NCBI RefSeq assembly: GCF_009914755.1
Contig: NC_060937.1
Reading direction: 5' to 3' (one strand)
Origin: the human T2T-CHM13v2.0 reference genome, Homo sapiens
DNA length: 64,000 nucleotides
The position numbers and the translations under genes were made by a program. Below are positions 21,116 to 36,442 of this stretch, one piece after another; positions within the stretch are counted from its first letter, which is position 1, and the number at the start of each line of letters is the position of its first letter. Below the pieces are notes generated by a model. The model saw only the letters and a program-made list of their open reading frames with translations. It had not been told where the DNA came from and did not search any database.

Positions 21116-21964
21116 TAAGAGGATTTTCAGCCAATTGTTAAGATACAGAGCTTGTTATATTTATATCTTCAGTTGGTGTAAAATGTGTAACATGCATTTG
21201 ACTAAAATGCAAAAATAGTTTATTAATATAGTTGGTTTTTGCCATGTCAGGATTATTTTCCAAATTTAAAAATAATTTAATTGGCTTGAGGTTTACCAGT
21301 TGAAGCATCTCAATAATTGAAATGAAAATATAATCTTAAATTCTAAAATGAATATTTGATATTTTAATGTGATAGCAAAGGACAAAATCTTGCTATATAA
21401 AGACAAATATAAATGTTAATAATATATATTAAAAATGCTATCTTATATGTAGTCACAGGTTAAATTGACCCATCTTTAAACTTCAGAGACAAAGGTATAT
21501 CTATTATTAAAACATTATAGATGTCATCAATTAATTCACCCATTCAATACATATTTACTGCACCTACTATGTGCCAGACTTTTTTCTAGGCCCTTGGGAC
21601 ATAGCAGATAAGAGCGAAGTCTCTTATTTACTTATGTTTTCTAATGGGAATATGGGATGACATGTCTCTATGGCTCTAAGTGTGTAATTTAATATATCTG
21701 GGACAGTTAGTAACTTAGCTGATTCTAACCATTTCTAGATATTGGTTGTCTAATATTTCTATAAATGCCAATCAAACCGAAGTTAGAGAAGGTCACTTTG
21801 TTATTTAATGAATTTCAGTTCTTTCATTCACCCTAGATAAACATTTATGATGTGACATTATGTGACTGCGATTATTCTAGGTACTAAGAATACAGAGATG
21901 AAAAAGACAAGAGGCCATTCTAGTAAGGGGAGACGAAATAAACAAGTATATAAAATAATTTCAG

Positions 21965-22332
<368 letters not shown>

Positions 22333-22753
22333 TTACGTATTTATAAATACAAATGTAAATAAACATATCAAAGAAAATATCAATGAATTTGTATAATAAG
22401 GAATTTGTATTTATTTAGATTAAAAAATACAGCATTATAGAGAATGCTATGCAAAATAATTTTATTTTTCAAACAGTAGTGGAAAAATTTTCTATTGAAA
22501 AGCAAACAACAACAACAAAAACCTGTTATGAATTAAAAAAAACTAAAGTATCCAATATTACGTATAATTTGGAAAGAAAATTTAGGGAGTAAATGAAATA
22601 TTCATGCAATTAACGAGTGAACAATAACAAATAAAATATCACTGATATCACTGTTGTCAACTGTGAACTATATTGTATTTTACTTTGGCTTTGCTGTTTT
22701 TACTTTTCTTCCCCAGTTTTGGGCATTATTACAATGACTTAAAATAGTAATGG

Positions 22754-23071
<318 letters not shown>

Positions 23072-23198
23072 TTACTTTTAGTCTCATCATCTACTGTTGA
23101 GTATCTACTTAGTGAAATGGAGGTTTGTTTTAATCAGTTTGGATTTGCCAATATATGATTCTAGCTTATAATAAGGAAATACAATAGTAACCACAACA

Positions 23199-23510
23199 CA
23201 GGGGTCCCTAACCCATGGGCCATGGACCAGTAAGGGTCCATGGTCTGTTAGGAACCGGACCACACAACAGGAGGTGAGTGGTAGGTGAAAAGAGCATTAC
23301 CACCTGAGCTCCACCTCCTGTCAGATCAGTAGCATTAGATTCTGATAGGAGCGCAAAACCTATTGTGAACTGTACTCCTATGAGAATCTAACTAATGCCT
23401 GATGATCTGAGGTGCAACAGTTGCATCCCAAAACCACCCCCACCTCCATCAGTGGAGAAACTGTCTTCCATGAAACTAGTCCCTGGTGCCAAAAAGGTTG
23501 GGGACCACTG
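23199..23510. mobile_element. MER1B-like hAT-Charlie DNA transposon
   Basis: TIR-like ends CAGGGGTCCCTAACC / GGTTGGGGACCACTG; degenerate 8-bp TSD CCACAACA / CCTTAACA. Confidence 0.85.
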
Positions 23511-25112
23511 CCTTAACACTTTTATTATTTAAATTCCTGCAGGAAAGAAGTACACTTATACCTTTGCAACTCTAAAACTCTCTAGTTCCTAAACCTCCCT
23601 TCTCCATTGAAATAACTTTTTATAATTTCAAAAAATGTATCAAGGCTTAAGAATGAAGCTATCCTTTTATAGCAGAATGGACTGGAACAACAGAATAAGT
23701 CTGTCTCCTCCCTTCTAAGATTTCTGATTTTACATGTCTGAATCAAATATAACATTGTAATGGGAGTAATACTAAAAGCTTAGAAAAGTTTTCAAATATT
23801 GTTTTAAAAGCAGCAGTTTACATAGAAATAACTGATGTGCTAACATGATCTAAAACAAGTTCCACTAAGAATTTCTTTGTAGGCGGCACTATTTTGTTGG
23901 CCAGGTGTAACAACACCATACATAGACTTGCAATTCAGAGTCTTTACGAATTTATCTTTTAAATGTCTTTTGAATGCATCCACTAATTTAGCTATCATCA
24001 ACTCTCTCCTGAATTATTGCAACAGCTCCCTAAATCTAGTTTTCAATTCACTCCCTTTACTAAAGTCCCAATACTCTTTCCAAAGGTCAGAAACAAATTT
24101 GTGACATAGTATTACATGGACTTATTTATGCATTAAATAGTATGATATGGTGGCAGGTTTAAAAAGTGTTTTCATTTTGAAGAAGTGATACTCTGAGATA
24201 CTTACAACAACTCTAATATAGTACGAAAATATCTGAGATTTCTGTTGATGACAAAGGCAGTTACTGTAATAACACTATAGCTTGTTGCCTACATTCATTA
24301 AATGAAGAAAACATTAAACAATTTATGAAAACAATGAAACAAAATTTTTGTCGATGAAATTTTGTCAATGAAAACAAAAATGTAATCTTTTTTCTAAGTT
24401 CATGGATCCCCTAAATTCTATGCATGGACATATGGGGGTCCATGAGGGTTAAGAAATCCTGCAATGGCTTCCTGCTGTCCTCAAGATAAAAATTCCTGTC
24501 ACATGGCTTATGGGACACTTAATGATCTGATTCCCAGCCATTGCTCACACCCAATTTTGAACCCCATCTTTTGCAGCTCTTACTCTGCTGAGTCCAACTC
24601 TTACTTCCAGATCTCTGTAAAGCTATCTCCTTTGCCTAGAAAACTCTTCCCCTTCTCTTTGCCTAGCAAACTTGCAGTCACCCTCCAGGTGTCAACCTAC
24701 ACATAATTCCTTCAGGAAACCAAGACTTTGTGAAATACTCTTCCACTATGCTTCCACAGCACCCAGTATTTAACCCTACCACAGCATTTATCACATTGTA
24801 TTAAAACTGCCGTTCCCCATTAAACTGTAAGCACATAAACTGTGTCTCTAATCCCTGCTCCTGGCATATTGTCTAGCACAGAGTAAGATTTCAAAACTTG
24901 TGAAAGGAAGAAAGTAAAGAAAAAAGGAAGGTTCCAATTTATCTACTGTTTCATGACATGAAACTCTACCCTTAATTCCCGACTGACCCTCACAAATGCA
25001 AGCTGTTGGTCACAATGGGAACTAGAAAAGTGTAGGACTCCATTAATATAAATTTATATTTTTATTGGAAAAAAGCACTTAGTGTAATGACTGAAAATGA
25101 AGGACATATTCA

Positions 25113-25424
25113 CTATTATTATTATTATTATTATTATTATTTTGAGACGGAGTCTTGCTCTGTCGCCCAGGCTGGACTGCAGTGGCAGGATCTCGGCTCC
25201 CTGCAAGCTCCGCCTCCCAGATTCACGCCATTCTCCTGCCTCAGGCCCCCGAGCGGCTGGGACTACAGGCGCCCGCCACCACGCCCAGCTAATTTTTTGT
25301 ATTTTTAGTAGAGACGGGGTTTCACTGTGTTAGCCAGGATGGTCTCGATCTCCTGACCTCGTGATCCGCCCATCTCGGCCTCCCAAAGTGCTGGGATTAC
25401 AGGCGTGAGCCACCAGGCCCGGCC
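25113..25424 (-). mobile_element. AluY with (TAT)n tail
   Basis: CTGCAAGCTCCGCCTCCC, GTTAGCCAGGATGGTCTCGATC; TSD GACATATTCACTATT. Confidence 0.92.
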
Positions 25425-26151
25425 GGACATATTCACTATTATTATAGGGCCGCGTCAGGAAGAGTTTACCAACTTGGAATACCAATGTAACTATATTAAT
25501 GCATAAAATTCTATTGCAATGAAAGATTCATCACAAGCCAAAATTCTGGTATATATCTAGCTCAACTATGCACACCTGTCCCTAAAGTAGTGGTAGTAGG
25601 CCCACTTCTTAGGGAAATGTATCAAAATCACTGAGGCGAAGGCAAAGTTTTCAACCTATAGGTCCTCTCAATCCTTCCTGTATTCAGCCACTGATGCTGA
25701 AAGGAATGTCCACCGTGGTGGCAAAAGGATGAGAACCACTGTCTCGGTCCAATAGCAGATCAGGCAAATGCTATGCCAACAGACCTTATAAAACGATTGA
25801 TAATAAAATGGTTTCTGTATTACTTTAGCTAAGATTAAACTTACAAAGCTGCAGGGAAGGAGAGCTGAGAGTTGGGAAGAGAATCCAAAATAACTACACT
25901 AGTGTGAAGCTTTTAGAATCAAGTCAGGGATTTCAAAGGAGAAAGATTAGAAGTGGGCCAGAAAAAAAAAAACAATTAGATGGATAAGTGAAATCAAGAG
26001 TCTACAAATTGCAGCTGGCGGGTGAGCGGTATTTAAGTCTTGTTCTAGGGATAGTGAGTGAATCACTTTAGTGGGAAGGTGCCTGAGTAGTGTCAGGTCA
26101 GAGTGTGACTATAAAAGGCTCTGAAAGACAAAGTTTTAAAATGTGCATTTT

Positions 26152-26447
26152 GGCCGGGCGCTGTGGCTCACGCCAGTAATCCCAGCACTCTGGGAGGCCA
26201 AGGCAGGCGGATCACGAGGTCAGGAGATCGAGACCATCCTGGCCAACATGGTGAAACCCCGGCTCTACTAAAAATACAAAAAAAAATTAGCTGGACGTGG
26301 TGGCGTATGCCTGTAATCCTAGCTACTTGGGAGGCTGAGGTAGGAGAATTACTTGAACCGGGGAGTTAAGAGGTTGTAGTGAGCCGGGATCACGCCACTG
26401 CACTCCAGCCTGGGTGACAGAGACTCCATCTCAAAAAAAAAAAAAAA
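26152..26447 (+). mobile_element. AluSc-like
   Basis: GGAGATCGAGACCATCCTGGCCAACATGG; TSD AAA(T/A)GTGCATTTT. Confidence 0.88.
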
Positions 26448-26568
26448 GTGCATTTTACTCTTGGCAAAATGAGACACTGAAGAAGGGTTTCTGAAGAAGG
26501 GTACACTGTGTGGTTAAAGTGATACTCCGGAGAAGATTAACCTAAGGGTCTTAAAAACAGGATGAATC

Positions 26569-26959
<391 letters not shown>

Positions 26960-27297
26960 CTATAAAAACACTAGATAATAGATCTTTCCATTATATATGT
27001 TTACAATATAATTATAATGTATGTTAATACAAATAAGGAATATCAGTTGCCAATACTTAATTTTAACTCACAAGGCCTTCTTTCCTCTCTTTTTTGTTGT
27101 ATCTGAATGTTCCTTGAGTTTTTCGCTAGAAAGGCATAATGTAAATCTAAAAAAGAAAATAATAAACTACTACTTTCAATTTTCAAAAAAGCTCATATGT
27201 AAAAACTTACTAAGTCTACAAAAATTTTAAAGCACTACTCATTCAAATTTTCAAATGCGTTACAACATCATTTATCCTGAAATAGGGAACTTGAATC

Positions 27298-27625
<328 letters not shown>

Positions 27626-27899
27626 TAGGAGCAATTTTTGCTTAGAACTTATGGTCCACTAAGATATTAAGGTTTATAATCATGCAATAATGTTCCTTAA
27701 AGTTGATAATAAAATCTGGAAATCAACTGGTTAATTTTTGTGGCTGACACATTCGTGACTTAAAAAAGCAATCGACAGAACTTCATCATGCTATACAAAG
27801 AAAAGATCGTAAAACTTAGTTGCAAAGCTTAACAAAGGTATATCCCACAGGGGTAACTGGACGCAAACCACCTGCGGATGTGAATGCCACTTCACTGAC

Positions 27900-28650
27900 C
27901 AGAGAGGTAGCAAGAGGCGAGGCGCAGTGAGATTCTGAATTAGGAGCCTCGAATTAAGACACGCCCACACTCATCACCACTAAATTAGTGCGGCCAGTTT
28001 TGTGGGCCGTGGTGTTCAGCGTCCGCGGGGTTCTCCCAAGGGAGGCAGAATCTCCGGTCACCAGCCTCGAAGGCCCTCGGGGACTCAGGCCGGGGGCCGG
28101 TCCAGGAAGGAGCGAGTCCCACCAGTCGCAGGGCGCTCCGATCCGCAGCGGCACCTCCACCCACGGCTCCGGGAGAGCCGCCCAGAGCCAAACCACTCCC
28201 CGCCTAAGGGCGTCAGGGGAGGGAGGAGCTTGACTGGGGCTAGCAGAAGGAGTTAGTCCTGTACCTGTGCGGAGACTGTAAAACTGCCATCCCGCGCCGC
28301 AACACTGACGCGGCTGTGGTGCCAGGCCGCTCCTGCTCCTGCCAGGGCCGCGCCGGCCACTGCCGCTGCCAAGGGGCCGGGACTCCGCACAGCCTGTCGG
28401 CTGACAGCGAGCCCCCGTCGCAGTTTTCCGCCCCAGGCCGCCACCCGCGCGCAGCTACCCGCAGCCGCCGCCATCTTTGCGGAAGCGCAGCTACACGGCG
28501 CTTCTCTCCCGGCGCCGCCGCCTACCGCTTGGGAACTCTCGCGACATCCGACAGGCTTCCGCCCCGCCTACCGGGCCTGCGCCGTGGGTGCGGTTGCTGA
28601 GGCGACGCTCGCAGCCGCAAGAGGTGGCCTTCGGTTCCGGGGCTGCCTTC
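27900..28650. promoter_or_regulatory. MICU2: CpG island / TATA-less promoter of MICU2
   Basis: Dense CpG; YY1-type GCCGCCATCTT over the start codon, ETS-like GCGGAAG about 28479-28485, TCTCGCGACA (BANP/ZBTB33-like, one mismatch) 28537-28546, GC box CCGCCCCGCC about 28559-28568. Confidence 0.85.
28265..28474 (-). CDS. MICU2: MICU2 (mitochondrial calcium uptake 2, EFHA1) coding exon 1, mitochondrial targeting region
   Basis: MAAAAGSCARVAAWGGKLRRGLAVSRQAVRSPGPL...SFTVSAQ matches recalled MICU2 N-terminus; 210 nt ending at CAG|GTAC donor (phase 0); good Kozak AAGATGG. Confidence 0.95.
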
Positions 28651-29559
28651 TAAGGCTGTGGGGATGGGATGACAGGAAGAGTATCAAGACAGTATAATAT
28701 GACTTCCTAGTCCAAAACAAGATAGTGCCCTCGGTTGTGTGGGCAGGTTTCTCCTTTTCATTTTTTCACCTTGTAAAACTGTGAAACGTTTTTTGAAATA
28801 GTCTCTTCTGCATCTGTGTTGTTCATGTCTTCCTATGCTTATAGTCTTGACTGTTCTTTCATTTCTGCTAAAACAACTCTCAGACAAGGCATTCTGTTTA
28901 TTTCAGTCCCTCACTATTTGCTTATAATGAATTTAAATTCAGTTTCAACAAAAGGTTTGATAGTAGCTCTTATCCTACCTAGAACTAAAAGTCAGAGACA
29001 GCAGCACACCAGCCCCATGTCTCTATCATCAGGGACCCAGAGGTTTTCCCCAGTGCAGATTTAGAACGATACCTCCAGTCCTGGCTGTTGCATTGGTGAT
29101 AAGTGATGTAGCTGAGGCAGACTACTTGGTTTTATTTAACAGCCTCCAATCCTCCATTCTTTGGTCTTCACTTTTCCTGAGTAACTCTTTTTAATAAACT
29201 CTTTGTTCAGCCTCTGAAATGTCCCCAGCTATTAGAAGCTTTAGTTGGGCATGCAGTAACGGAGCCAACATCAAAGGGGCCAAGACTCCTAATCACATAA
29301 TCACTGCTGTCTTGAAGTTTTGCACAAAACAAAACTTCAAGAAACAAAAACAAAAACCTGTCACACGAAATCTAATTTGATCATTCAGTGGAAGTTCCGT
29401 GGATCCCTTTGTTATTATCTGCCCTTAATCCTTGCTCCCTTTCTCTTAGCCCGCTTGTCTAAATTAATCTGCAGTCAGAGGTTCCTCACTTTTCCGTCAG
29501 CTTCTGGACTTACTTTTCAGTGTGCCTTCCCAGGTAGGAAGTAGAGAGATGAGCCTCAC

Positions 29560-29850
29560 TTCACCGACTTGTGAGCCAGACCTCAAGGTTTGAATCTTAG
29601 CTCTACCAGGATGATCACTGTGGTTTGGGGCAAATTATTTAATCTCTCTGAGTCTCCATTTTCTCATTTGTAAATAACTCACGATTTGGTAGATGATCAC
29701 TGCTATTTGGGGTAAGGTATTTAATCTCTTTGAGTCTCAATTTTTTCATCTGTGAACAACCCTCTTACAGTTTGGGGTGGGGAAGCTAAATGAGATATTT
29801 TATATAAAGTGACTAGCCAAATGCCTGGCACATGGTAGGCTCATGACAGA
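29560..29850. mobile_element. MIR with duplicated core
   Basis: TTTAATCTCT(C/T)TGAGTCTC..TTTT.TCAT.TGT core appears twice, about 82 bp apart. Confidence 0.7.
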
Positions 29851-32800
29851 TGTGCGTTTACTGTGGTCAAGGTTTGGTTTACTTCTGCCCTGTGAACACA
29901 AATGAGCTTGACTGAATGTCCATGATTCCAGATCACTAGCCCATCTTAACCTGAGATTTTCCTGCTTTTTCGTATCTAGCCTGACTTTGTCAACCTCTGG
30001 ACTGTTTTTCACCTCTGCTAACTCTGGTAGCTTTGGCACATGTCCTGCTTTTCTGGACTATTGACATCTAGCTTGTTTCCTGGTGATAATAGGACTTCCA
30101 GGATATTTTGGACACCCTGGATGTCTTACCTTGTAGTTTATTCTTGATTTCCAGAAACCACAGTCTTTACGTGTATACTTCTAACTGCCTCACACAGTTC
30201 CTCTAGGTATTTAATGAAACCTGGCATCTATTACTCAGTATTGCCTTAAGCCCAAGATAAGTTTAGATTCCCATTAAAACATGTAGCATATTTAAGAACA
30301 TTGTCTTTCTCCCACAATTTGACATCCTTGTGGGTGAGATGTTTTCCTTTTCCCTGTTTCTCTAGCACCTAGCACAATGCCCAGCACGTAATAGACATTC
30401 AATGAGTGAGTAAATAAGTGAATAAATAAATGGCACAAATGAAACTCAGGGGTTCATATTTCTATGCTTTGGCCATCCAAAATACAGAAGTATATTATTC
30501 CTTTGGGGTACTTTATTTTCAAAACAAAAGCTTCTTTTTATTTTGCCAAAAATCTTTGAACCCACTTGGAAAACAGTGTAATTAGTTATTTTTTAAATTT
30601 TCATTATGTGCCCAGGCATCTAGAACTCTCACTTATAATTTAATGTATTCAAACTTTTCTTATGCAGAGGAAACAAATTCTTATAATAGAACCAATCTCT
30701 AGTCGAATAACCATTCTAAGTATGAAATCTTCCTTGGCAGCTGCTGACATTTGTCTAAGCACATTGACTATATTGGTCTTTTTGGGCTCCAGCTTTGTTC
30801 ATTTCTTCATCATCAGCTGTAAAGTCCTGGGCTGGGATGTATTTTCAACCATGCAGTTTATAAACCAACCCCCAAATAAGAAGCTGCTTCTAAAGCTGTA
30901 CATTGTATGCTGTTTTAAATAACTGGACGAAAACAGGATGGAAATACTTATTGTTTCAAAGTATTCTTAATTCACTTACTCCTGCTCTTTTTTTCTGAAG
31001 AAGAACGAAAGTGATATGTCAGAAAAACTGCTCTTAAGGAGCTTTATTTTCACTGGAGAGGCTAGGCTTGAATTTCAAAACAATTGTCTCTGACTTTTAT
31101 ACTGTACAGAGAAGCAAGGGTGAGGTGGGCTGGCACAGGCAGAAAAGCATCTAGGGAAGACAGAAGACTTGATCTGGAACTTGCTGGGGTCTGAGGCAGG
31201 GTGAGAGCCTGGGGGAGGGTGCATACAGTGTGTGCTGACAGGCTTGGTGCAGAAGGGCTAGCTGGGGACTGGCTTGGAGTGTCCTGAGGGCCAGGCAGGG
31301 GCCACACAATGATCTCCAGTCTGTGGAACAGTTGTCAGCCCCCTTGACCCTCTGCACATTTGTCACTGGCGTATTCATGCTTCCCTTTCAGCGTCCCCAC
31401 CCGCCTTGAGGCTGAGCTCCTCTTCTGAATCTCAGATGCTCCACCAGTGTATTTCTTCTGCTTGCCCGGACTTTATCCTGGCCTTTCTTAGCCACTATCC
31501 ACACGCTTCTTCAAATTATTGTCCTTTTTACTGACAATCAAAACTTCGATTCCCTCTGGGTTACTGGTCTTGAACAAAAGAGGTCAACTAGTTTTTCTTA
31601 CTGAAGATATCTACTCCTTTGTATTTCCATTTTAGAAGAAATTATTAACTCAAACACATCTTTGATCTTAGCATGTGTGGGGAGAAAAACAAAAATTGCT
31701 ATTGGATTCTGAAAGATTGTTTACTGCTCTATTCCAGAATAATGTGCACTGAGACAGATTATCTTAGGTGGAGGAGAAAAAATATGGGAGATCTCAAAAG
31801 ATTAGTTAAAGAGGTTGGACTCCTATAGGAATGAAGTAAAAAGCATATGCATGGATATTATAAAGAACCATTGCTTGGAATAGTCAGAGGTTGAACTATA
31901 TTTATGGTGGATAATTGTGTAGCAGAGGGTATGAATCACTCTCAGAGGCCCTAAATGAGTCAAAAGAACTGCTAATTATGTCTTTTTGTGCAGTTTGGGG
32001 CCATGAGTAAAAATATCTGGGTATCGTGATTGATACCAGCATGTGTAGAAATAGGTTAAAGTGAAATCTTACTGACAGTGAGAAAGCAGTGCCCAGAGGA
32101 GCGTTTTGTATGTCTTTCAGATCCTCGTCTGCATCTTATTACCTTCCCTTCCTCGCAGTGCAGCTCCCATTACCTTGCCCTGTGATTATTGTGACCATCT
32201 CTTAACATGTGCCTTTGCTTCGTCTTTCTCTTCTCTGAAGCATCCCACAGATCTATGTTAGATCAATCTTCCTAAAACATTTCTTTCACCATACATCCAT
32301 TAGCTCTGTGATTTACCCTTCCTAAGCCTCTGTCTCCCAGTTGGAAAATGAGGAGATGGGTTTTGGTTTATTTTTACACTTCTAAAATTCTTTTTGTATG
32401 CCACTCCGAAGTGTCTTTTTTTTCTGCTCAGTTGACAAACTGTATCGAATGTGAAATATGTGCCAGGCATGGGACCACACGTTGGAGACAACAAGCACAA
32501 ATAGGATAGAGCTTCCTGGGCACGGGCTGTGCTCTCACACATTGGCTTATGCCCTCTATGCTGAAAACTTTTAAAAGTATGTAACCTGCCATTTATGTAT
32601 GCTTATTTCTTAAATCTACACATTTACAACTAAATGTTAAAAGCCACATAGTAAGAATGTAAATGGTGATGTAAAGATGAATTAGTATTTACAAAATAAA
32701 ATTGTATTTTTATTATTAAAGATGCAATGAATGTTTTATTCTAAAACTGTTAGTATTTTAGTGAGATCTATGTGATTAAATTGGCTTCATTAACTTGGAA

Positions 32801-33189
32801 AATGCTGATTTAGGTTTTATGAGATAGAAGGTCTGGTATTATGTTGAGTTAATTTATACATTAGTTTTTGATGACTGTCATAGCTCAAAAAGGTACCTCA
32901 CAAAAATATATTAATCTGAATGGAGGGAGTGACTGTACTATTAGTTGAGGTAATGAAACCATTATACTTGTCTTTTTTTAGCTTTTTCTTATGAAAAATT
33001 CAAATATATATAAAATTAGACTAGAATGATGAGTAGAGCTGGACTTCCACAATTACAAACTTATGGCCAGTCTTATTTCATCTCCACCTTCTCCTTTTCC
33101 CTCAGTTAGATTATGTTGGCATAGCCCCCAGGCTCATATAATTTTATTCTACATATTTTATTATGTATTTTTATTTTTATTTTTTATTT

Positions 33190-33500
<311 letters not shown>

Positions 33501-35307
33501 CATTATGGATTTTTAAAAGATGAGTGCTCATAAAAAGAAAACCCACACACCAATATTTTGTTTTTGTATTTCTTAATAATGCTTATAATCCAATGGAAAC
33601 AAACATTTACTGAAGAAAAAAAGTTGTGTAAATTGCTGAAAATGCTAGGAGGCTGGGGGGACACTAACAGAAAGAAGATTAAAAAGTCTGTTGTATGAGT
33701 GTTGTGTAACACTTCCACATCTCAGGGAGAGGGATCTGTGTTCTCATAAAGTACACTTACGAAAATTAGTGACAGCACAACATTTGAGGTTGCAAAAAAA
33801 TATTTTTTCTGGAAACACGTTTATGGAACAGATTGTGTATGTCAGAAGAATTTGATTGGTATTTTAAAATCCGTTATAATATCTCCAAAGTTCGGTGTAG
33901 CCCACCAAAGGAGACAGTTCACACTTTCTTTCCTTTGCTCCTTTTCAGCTGTAAAATGTACATCTCAAGCACATCAAAGATGGTGACAGAGAAGAGTTAA
34001 GAAAGACAGCACATCCAGAGGAGCAAGGGACAAGATCTAAATAATTTCATGAAATGTTCCTTGATCCCAAGATTTCTGCAGAAATGTTCAAGTCTGTGAT
34101 GTGTATTCTTGTGCATTGAGACATCCAGAATTTAATAGCCTGTTCTTAACTATGCAGAAGACCAAGCCACTAAGTAAATGCAAATGCTTTGACATTTTTA
34201 TTGTTTCTTAAAAACCCAAATGAAAATTTCAATTTCATCTTTCATTCCTTTTCCCCAAAGCCAGTCTGCTGGTTAGCTGTCTTTAGTCTACAGCACGGTG
34301 TGAACACGTGGTGTCAGCACCACCACCCAGAGGCCATCAGCAGGGCAGGAGGCTGGGCATCTGGCAGCAGGATCTGGCTTTTCTCCAGAGCTTCTTTCTC
34401 CAATTGACTGGGTTGCCCTGAGTTTCTTTTGCACTTCCGAGACTTGGATACACTGAGATGGTCACCATTCAGTGGCTCTCATAGACAATGACCTTATGGT
34501 CTTGTCTCCAGCTAGAGACAGTGGAGACCTGGCAAGGAGGGTGGAGCCAGGTATGACAGGTAACTCCCAGGTGGGCAGGCCTGCGCCTTGCACACAAGCA
34601 GACTGGTGGCCGGGAGTGTTGGTGACTGCTGCCACCTGCTTGGCCTACAGGCGGGTGATACCACAGCTTTGATTCATTCGCCTCATCACTTCCTCTGGCC
34701 ACAGCCACAGTGACCTCTTCCAGTTGTGAGGACTTCATGGCAACCTTTGGGTGTTGAGAGTTTCCTGGGAGTGCTTCAGATGGGGGCAAAGACCTAGGGG
34801 CCAGGACGTGTTTGGCAGAGGCAAAGAGCTGTCTCACAGGAGCTCCTGCCATCGGTGGGCGCTTCACACGTGAAGCCCAGACACCGGGACTGTGGGGTCC
34901 GCTGCAGAGCTGTACCTAGTTTGGAGGCACCTCAGCCTGGGGGCTTCCCTAGGCAGAAGCACCAGCCAGGTAAGTGAAAGGGTCTTCTGGGCTGCTTGGG
35001 GAAGTGGTGACCACGGAGGTCCGTCTTCCAGGAGACGGCCACAGGATGCACGGGAGGTGTGATCTGTTTCCACCCAGGGCCTCTTAAGGGTGGGCGCCAG
35101 GCCCAAGAGGTCCCCTGGCTTCCTGGGGTGCCTGAGGCCTGCGGGCTGGTGGCTGGCAGGGCTGGGCCACTTCCCAACCTGCGGACCTGTGCCAGAACCT
35201 GGGCGGGGTTCTCAATGAGGAAGCACCCAGACCCCAAGAGTGTGCACTGGGCCCTGGAGCAGGCCGGCCAGTGGGTCGAGCAGGTGCAGCCCCAGGTGCC
35301 GGGGTCG

Positions 35308-35867
35308 TGAGAGGTGAAGCCTTCCAGGCTTCTGGGTCCGGTGAGGACTTGGAGAACTTTTACATCTAGCTGAAGGATTGTAAATGCACCAATCAGTGCT
35401 CTGTGTCTATCTAAAGGTTTGTAAATGCACCAATCAGCTCTCTGTAAAATGAACCAATCAGCACTCTGTAAAATGGACCAATCAGCAGGACGTGGGTGGG
35501 GGCCAAATAAAGGAATAAAAGCAGGCCCCCCTGGAGCCCATCACCGCAACCAGCTCAGGTCACCTTCCACATTGCGTAAGCTTTGTTCTTTCGCTGTTCG
35601 CAATAAGTCTGATTGCTGCTCACTCTGGGTATGCACCACCTTTATGAGCTGTGACACTCACTGGGAAGGTCTGCAGCTTCACTCCTGAAATCAGCGAGAC
35701 CAGGAACCCACCAGGAGGAACGAACAACTCCAGATGCGCCGCCTTAAGAGCTGTAGCACTCACCGCCAAAGTCTGAAGCTTCACTCCTGATCTTTAAGAA
35801 CTAATACTCACCGCGAGGGTCCGTGGCTTCATTCTTGAAGTCAGACAACCCACCAATTCCGGACACA
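35308..35867 (+). mobile_element. Solo LTR12 (HERV9/ERV-9 family)
   Basis: TGAGAGGTGAAGCC...CCAATTCCGGACACA; 4-bp TSD GTCG (35304-35307, 35868-35871); four CCAATCAG repeats and AATAAA-type TATA. Confidence 0.92.
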
Positions 35868-36193
35868 GTCGCACGCTGGGTGAGGAGGCAGTCGCTGCGG
35901 TGCTGCGCGTGGGCGGTCCGACCTGCTCTCACATAGGGGCCTGGCGGGTGCCAGGCATGGCAGGGAGGGTGCTGCTGGGGTGCCCCACACTTCTGACTGC
36001 AGGCCCGAAATATCCTCTTGGTATTCCTATGACATTTCCGTCCTCCACTTGGGGGGCGTTTGTCTTCTGAAGTCTTCAGACTCTTTGACGCCATCGAATG
36101 AAATGAAAAAGTGTTTCATAGCCACATTCTGACTTATTCCGGAGTACTGTAAAGACTAGATACATTAGCCATTTTATTCTTACAAAATTAAAC

Positions 36194-36442
36194 GGTGGTG
36201 GTTTCTCAGTCTCATCACTGTGGACACGCAGGGACAGAGAATTTTTTTTGTTGTTGGGGGTGGGGGGCTGTGCTGTGAACTGCAGGGTGTTTAGTGGAAT
36301 TCCTGGCTTCTACCCACCACATACCACCTGCCAGTAGCACCCCCACTCCTCCCTGCCTCAACTGTGAAAAGCAAATATCATGTCTCCAGATGTTGCCAAA
36401 TATCCCCCAGGGAACAAAATCACCCTCAGCTGAGAACCACTG
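36194..36442. mobile_element. MER20 DNA transposon
   Basis: TGTCTCCAGATGTTGCCAAATATCCCCCAGG...GCTGAGAACCACTG. Confidence 0.8.

Noticed and set aside
27954-28600. Overlapping ORFs in the CpG island as extra genes, and VQD* as the end of MICU2
   Set aside because: Expected open frames in GC-rich DNA; the ORF's last codons are read-through past the splice donor at 28264.
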